DNA of 10,477 nucleotides. It comes from Pseudobdellovibrionaceae bacterium (GTDB lineage: Bacteria > Bdellovibrionota > Bdellovibrionia > Bdellovibrionales > Bdellovibrionaceae). The stretch is taken from the NCBI GenBank assembly GCA_041288045.1, contig JBGGMM010000015.1, forward strand, positions 1 through 10,477. The letters run 5' to 3'. The translations under genes were made by a program, and so were the position numbers. The notes below the pieces were generated by a model. That model saw only the letters and a program-made list of their open reading frames with translations. It had not been told where the DNA came from and did not search any database. Below, piece after piece: positions 6,659 through 10,477 of the stretch (positions within the stretch are counted from its first letter, which is position 1; each line of letters begins with the position of its first letter).

Positions 6659-7689
6659 TCAAGGCATTGGGATTTGCCATTCTTTGTGTCAGCATCTCTG
6701 GCTGCCAAATGGGATACTATTTTTCGAGCGCATACAATCAAATGTCCCTGCTCAATCAAAGAGTGCCAATTGAAAAAGCCCTTCAAGATCCGACATTGAG
6801 TGAAAAAGAAAAAAAAGCTCTTCAACTGGCACAGAGAGCCCGCCAGTTTGCCGAAGGCGAATTGCATCTCAAGTCGACAAAGAATTACACCAGTTACGTT
6901 AAGCTGGACCGCCCTTACGTCACTTATGTTGTCAGCGCCTCACCGAAATGGGAGCTCAGCCACTACGACTGGCATTATTTATTTGTTGGAAAAATGCCCT
7001 ACAAAGGATTTTTCAATGAAGATGACGCCAAAGAAGAGGCCGAAGAACTCAAAAAGAAAGACCTTGATGTCTATGTGCGAGGAGTTTCCGCCTACAGCAC
7101 ACTTGGTTGGTTCAACGATCCCCTGCTATCCTCCATGGTCAAGTATGAAGACCATGAATTGGTGAACACTGTGATCCATGAAACTGTGCACGCGACTTTG
7201 TACATCAAAGGCTCGGCTGATTTTAACGAGCGCCTGGCTGTCTTTCTCGGCAACAAGGGAATGGAGCTTTTCTACTTGAAAGAAGAAGGGCCTTCGTCGC
7301 CTTCGCTCAAATTAGCGCTTCTGGAAAACGAAGATGAAAAACTTTTTTCCAAATTTATCAGTCGAGAGATCACCGACCTGGAAGAATGGTACAAAAATCA
7401 AAATGAGAAAAACGAAGAAATCAGAAAAGCCCGTCTGAAAGAAATTCAAGCCCGTTTCACAAAAGAAATTGAGCCGCATTTGAAATCAGATAACTATCAA
7501 AAATTCAGCAGCATGGATTTGAACAATGCCCGCCTGTTGCTTTACAAAACCTATCTTCAGGACCTGTCCGATTTTGAGAAGCTCTATGAAATGAGCGATA
7601 GAAAATTTGACACATTTCTGCAGAAATGCCGAAGCCTTGAGAATTCCAAAAATCCTGAAGAAGATCTGAAAAAGCTCATTTCCAATTGA
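6646..7689 (+). CDS. Putative zinc aminopeptidase, predicted lipoprotein
   Basis: Lipobox-like ISG/C after a hydrophobic stretch. Motifs PYKGFF, AYSTLGWFNDPL, HETVH (HExxH) and FNERLA typical of the 'Aminopep' putative aminopeptidase family. Overlaps the OMP gene by 13 nt. Confidence 0.88.
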   Translation: MDLLIKALGFAILCVSISGCQMGYYFSSAYNQMSLLNQRVPIEKALQDPTLSEKEKKALQLAQRARQFAEGELHLKSTKNYTSYVKLDRPYVTYVVSASPKWELSHYDWHYLFVGKMPYKGFFNEDDAKEEAEELKKKDLDVYVRGVSAYSTLGWFNDPLLSSMVKYEDHELVNTVIHETVHATLYIKGSADFNERLAVFLGNKGMELFYLKEEGPSSPSLKLALLENEDEKLFSKFISREITDLEEWYKNQNEKNEEIRKARLKEIQARFTKEIEPHLKSDNYQKFSSMDLNNARLLLYKTYLQDLSDFEKLYEMSDRKFDTFLQKCRSLENSKNPEEDLKKLISN

Positions 7690-7707
7690 AACATTCTTCT
7701 TTACAAT
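7679..7707 (+). promoter_or_regulatory. Candidate sigma70 promoter for the ferritin-like gene
   Basis: TTTCCA(7679-7684)-N17-TACAAT(7702-7707). Confidence 0.35.
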
Positions 7708-7730
7708 AAGCTCTTGCAAGGAGAGTTCCC

Positions 7731-8156
7731 ATGGACCAAAAAAAAGTCATCGAAGCTCTGAATACCATCTTGGAAAATGAATTGGCTGGAGTCGTCAGAT
7801 ACACTCACTACTCTTTGATGGTCTATGGACACAATCGCATCCCGATCGTCAAATGGCTTCGCGACCAAGCCACTGAATCTTTGGATCACGCTGCACAAGC
7901 CGGTGAGCACATCACCACATTGAACGGCCACCCTTCGTTGAAAATTGGGCCTCTGTTAGAATCCAACAACCACTCGATCAATGACATTCTAAAGGAAAGC
8001 CTGCAACATGAGAAAAGTCAGCTCGACAATTTGAACAGGCTTTTAAAGTTGGTCGAAGGGCACTCGATCTATCTCGAAGAATACGCTCGGGAAATGATCT
8101 GCGCCGAAGAGAATCACATCTCTGAAGTCGAAAAAATGATTCGCAAACCAGAATAA
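7731..8156 (+). CDS. Bacterioferritin-like (ferritin superfamily) protein, 141 aa
   Basis: Four-helix pattern LNTILENEL...Y..H, ESLDHA, LNGHP, HEK and EENH. AAGGAG RBS. Confidence 0.88.
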   Translation: MDQKKVIEALNTILENELAGVVRYTHYSLMVYGHNRIPIVKWLRDQATESLDHAAQAGEHITTLNGHPSLKIGPLLESNNHSINDILKESLQHEKSQLDNLNRLLKLVEGHSIYLEEYAREMICAEENHISEVEKMIRKPE

Positions 8157-8158
8157 AT

Positions 8159-8629
8159 TTATTTCTCTTCGATCAACTTTGGCGGTTCCAATTTTGACTC
8201 GGCAGGCGCCGAGTTTCGGTCCGGAGCTGCTAAAAGACTTTTCAATCGATTTGTCAGATCATTTTTCAAAATAAAGTACTGCGTGGCTCTTTCGGAGCCA
8301 AAAAGCCTTTCCACTCTTTCCACTTCTTCAATGGAAACTTCATTGTAATTTTTTAAATAGCGCTTGTGCTCAGAAAGCAATTTTTGCTTTTCCTTGAGGT
8401 TTTTTGCTTCCACCATCTTTTTCAGCACGTTCTGCAAATTCTCGTTGGCATCATGACGTTTTTGATTGAGGGCTCGGACTAAATCCGAAAAGGCCTTTTC
8501 TTCAGGCACAGACAGCTTCATTTCATCTGAAATTTTCCAGATAAAAAGTTCTTCAACACGGTTTTTTGAATCGATAGCGAATAGAAAAAGAGGAAAGATG
8601 AATGTCAGAATTCCAATCCAGAGCCTCAA
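8159..8629 (-). CDS. Exported helical protein, Spy/CpxP-like
   Basis: TTG start and signal peptide MRLWIGILTFIFPLFLFA. Charged all-helical body with MKLSVPEE and FGSERAT, degenerate LTxxQ-like motifs. Third gene of the ECF operon. Confidence 0.7.
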   Translation of the reverse strand: MRLWIGILTFIFPLFLFAIDSKNRVEELFIWKISDEMKLSVPEEKAFSDLVRALNQKRHDANENLQNVLKKMVEAKNLKEKQKLLSEHKRYLKNYNEVSIEEVERVERLFGSERATQYFILKNDLTNRLKSLLAAPDRNSAPAESKLEPPKLIEEK

Positions 8630-8665
8630 ATGCCTCGTCCTCTCCGAGGCCTTAGAATCAAGAGA

Positions 8666-9208
8666 TCAACGGGTTTTCGTTGATTTCAGGAGGCTCTCGA
8701 ATTGTTCCTTAGTTAAATGATCAAGGCTCTGACTGGCAACGTCCACAAAAAAGTCAGTTTCGTTTTGATAAGTCATTAATTGCGCCAATTCGTCGGGGTT
8801 TTCAATTCCATGGGTGGCCATTTGGCGAGACACATCCCACTCTGTGTTAAGACCTTTGTTGGAAAGAGAGTGCCCGAAATAAACTGCGACCAAGACCAAA
8901 GCCAGAGTCAGCGATCCAGCTTTCACTGCACGACGCTGTTCGGGATTTAAACGAAGCCTCAGTTTCGGTGGCGCTTTGATTTCTTTCTTATCAATTCCAG
9001 CCATGATTTTATCGTGCAGGTTCTCGAGCTGACTTTCCAAAATCAAGGGCTCACTCGCCCCTTCCTTCAGAAGTGTCTTTGTGTCCGAAATGGACTTCAC
9101 CAGCTCCTGATCTTTCGCGGAAGCTCTGAGAAGTGCTTTCATATCTGCTCGGGTTGAAGCATCGACTTCATCTTCGATGAAATCGAGCCACCAGTTTTCA
9201 CGGCTCAT
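8666..9208 (-). CDS. Putative membrane-anchored anti-sigma factor
   Basis: ATGA overlap with the ECF sigma stop. N-terminal ASD-like helices (LDFIEDEV...), a single TM (SLTLALVLVAVYFG) and a short extracytoplasmic tail. GAGGTGG RBS. Confidence 0.75.
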   Translation of the reverse strand: MSRENWWLDFIEDEVDASTRADMKALLRASAKDQELVKSISDTKTLLKEGASEPLILESQLENLHDKIMAGIDKKEIKAPPKLRLRLNPEQRRAVKAGSLTLALVLVAVYFGHSLSNKGLNTEWDVSRQMATHGIENPDELAQLMTYQNETDFFVDVASQSLDHLTKEQFESLLKSTKTR

Positions 9209-9816
9209 GATTCCACCTCAGCTGTTCGCTTTTCGAATTCCATGAAAAATCCTCCAACTTCTTCTGTCCATTGCTTGAGATCCTCTTGGGTCTGAAGCTC
9301 TTCCCTCAATCGCATCAACGCATGCCGGTAATTGGCCTTGGCTGTGTCGTAGGGACAATCCATAATTTCAGCGATTTCCTTAAAGCTCAGGTCTTCATAG
9401 ATCCTCAAAGTCAGCGCTGTCTTTTGTTTGAAGGGCAACTGATCGACATGTTTTTGAATCAAATCTGCGACCGCGCTATGGAGCAATCCTGTTTCTGCAA
9501 TCGCAGCCACCGCGAGAGGCAGATTTTCAACATCGTTGATCTCATCTCGCCGACTGCGCAATTTATTTTTCGCAGTGTTGATGGCGATTTGAAAAAGCCA
9601 ACTGCGAAAGCTGGATCTTGCTTCAAAAGAAGCCAGTCTTTCGAAGGCTTTGATGAAGCTTTCTTGCACAATATCTTCGGCCGCATCCATGTCTTTGACA
9701 AACCTCACACTCAGTCGAAGCAAACTCTTTTGATGTCGCCGTACAAGCAAAGAGTAAGCTTTTCTGTCGCCGTTTCGAATCATTTGAATCACTTCGAGAT
9801 CCGAAATCTGTTCCAT
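9205..9816 (-). CDS. ECF (RpoE-like) RNA polymerase sigma factor
   Basis: Region 2: DAAEDIVQESFIKAF and SFRSWLFQIAIN. Region 4: LPFKQKTALTLRIYEDLSFKEIAEIMDCPYDTAK. AGGAGG RBS. Confidence 0.96.
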   Translation of the reverse strand: MEQISDLEVIQMIRNGDRKAYSLLVRRHQKSLLRLSVRFVKDMDAAEDIVQESFIKAFERLASFEARSSFRSWLFQIAINTAKNKLRSRRDEINDVENLPLAVAAIAETGLLHSAVADLIQKHVDQLPFKQKTALTLRIYEDLSFKEIAEIMDCPYDTAKANYRHALMRLREELQTQEDLKQWTEEVGGFFMEFEKRTAEVES

Positions 9817-9852
9817 AGACTGTCCCCTCCTGAAATTCGGTTAGCCTGTATT

Positions 9853-9888
9853 GAAACTTTTTTAGTCCGCCCATGGTCTAAGAAGTTT
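9853..9888. promoter_or_regulatory. Overlapping divergent ECF-type promoter motifs
   Basis: Plus strand GAAACTT(9853-9859)-N16-GTCTAA(9876-9881). Minus strand AAACTT(9888-9883)-N15-GACTAA(9867-9862), pointing into the sigma gene. Confidence 0.55.
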
Positions 9889-9966
9889 AAAGTGCCCCTC
9901 GCCAACCTTGCTTAAGGATTGTGCAACAACAGGGCCAGACATGTCAGGCAAAATGGCACTAAGTAT

Positions 9967-9995
9967 TTGGAATTACTTATTATTTTTACTATAAT
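9967..9995 (+). promoter_or_regulatory. Sigma70-like promoter antisense to the diguanylate cyclase gene
   Basis: TTGGAA(9967-9972)-N17-TATAAT(9990-9995), although it lies in an AT-rich tract. Confidence 0.4.
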
Positions 9996-10010
9996 CTTTG
10001 CTTATCTGTG

Positions 10011-10477
10011 CTAATTAGCTGCAGTGACTTTGTTTCTGCCGGACTGCTTGGATTTGTACAAGGCCTCGTCGGCTCTTTGAAAAAAAGCCGACCAATCAGA
10101 TTCGTTGGAATTCCGAGATGACACCCCAAGTGAAATGGTCACTGGGATCTTATTGCCTTCAAACTGGAACTCATTGGATTCAATGGTGGTGCGAATCCGC
10201 TCTGCAACTTCAATCGCTGTTTTGATCGGAGTCGCATGCAGAATGATGACAAACTCTTCGCCGCCATATCTTGCAAAGTAATCATGTGAGCGCACCATTT
10301 TATGGCTGACAATATCAGCCAGTGATTTCAAGACATAATCGCCAGCCGCGTGCCCAAAAGTGTCATTGATCTTTTTAAAGAAATCGATATCAAAGACCAA
10401 GACGCTGAGCTCTTCATTTAAAAATTCAGACCGCTTGATGGCTTCTGGTCCCTTTTCCAGCAAAGCGCCTTTTGAGT
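10011..10477 (-). CDS. Diguanylate cyclase GGDEF domain (5'-truncated), probable DgcB orthologue
   Basis: Frame stays open to the window edge (SKGALLEKG...). Motifs FDIDFFKKINDTFGHAAGD, RSHD I-site, ARYGGEEF, VTISLGV and ADEALYKSKQSGRN. Confidence 0.95.
   Translation of the reverse strand, partial: SKGALLEKGPEAIKRSEFLNEELSVLVFDIDFFKKINDTFGHAAGDYVLKSLADIVSHKMVRSHDYFARYGGEEFVIILHATPIKTAIEVAERIRTTIESNEFQFEGNKIPVTISLGVSSRNSNESDWSAFFQRADEALYKSKQSGRNKVTAAN

Noticed and set aside
7709..7727. Hairpin AGCUCUU/GAGAGUU partly covering the ferritin-like SD, and a possible Fur box near 7685-7700
   Set aside because: The stem is weak with two G-U pairs and would be truncated by the predicted TSS near 7714. 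The upstream sequence does not fit 7-1-7 Fur-box symmetry.
9271..9915. 214-aa plus-strand ORF
   Set aside because: Antisense shadow of the ECF sigma gene, with no motifs or RBS.
1..10477. rRNA, tRNA, CRISPR arrays, IS or prophage genes
   Set aside because: None recognised. Intergenic gaps are all under 200 nt and show no cloverleaf or repeat-spacer pattern.

Overview
Gene-dense chromosomal window, probably from a Bdellovibrionales predatory bacterium (inferred from gene content and order; not verified by search). It contains 14 coding regions. (+) 5'-truncated hypothetical protein, then zinc-finger thioredoxin trxC. (-) Likely operon PilZ protein > PIN-PhoH (PhoH2/YlaK) RNase-ATPase > MaoC-like hydratase > exported DUF885 protein, preceded by an exact-consensus sigma28/FliA promoter. 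(+) Orphan TonB-like protein, small outer-membrane beta-barrel, HExxH lipoprotein aminopeptidase and an atypical bacterioferritin-like protein. (-) 3' part of a GGEEF diguanylate cyclase (probable DgcB orthologue), then ECF sigma > anti-sigma > Spy/CpxP-like periplasmic protein. I saw no rRNA, tRNA, CRISPR or mobile element. The most interesting signals are non-coding. (1) Nearly the whole pilZ-phoH2 spacer folds into one long hairpin that buries the phoH2 Shine-Dalgarno. (2) Overlapping divergent ECF-type promoters upstream of the sigma gene may drive a ~100-nt sRNA. (3) A sigma70-like promoter points antisense into the cyclase. (4) A terminator-like hairpin sequesters the trxC ribosome-binding site. 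All structures were paired by eye; no energies or database searches were computed.
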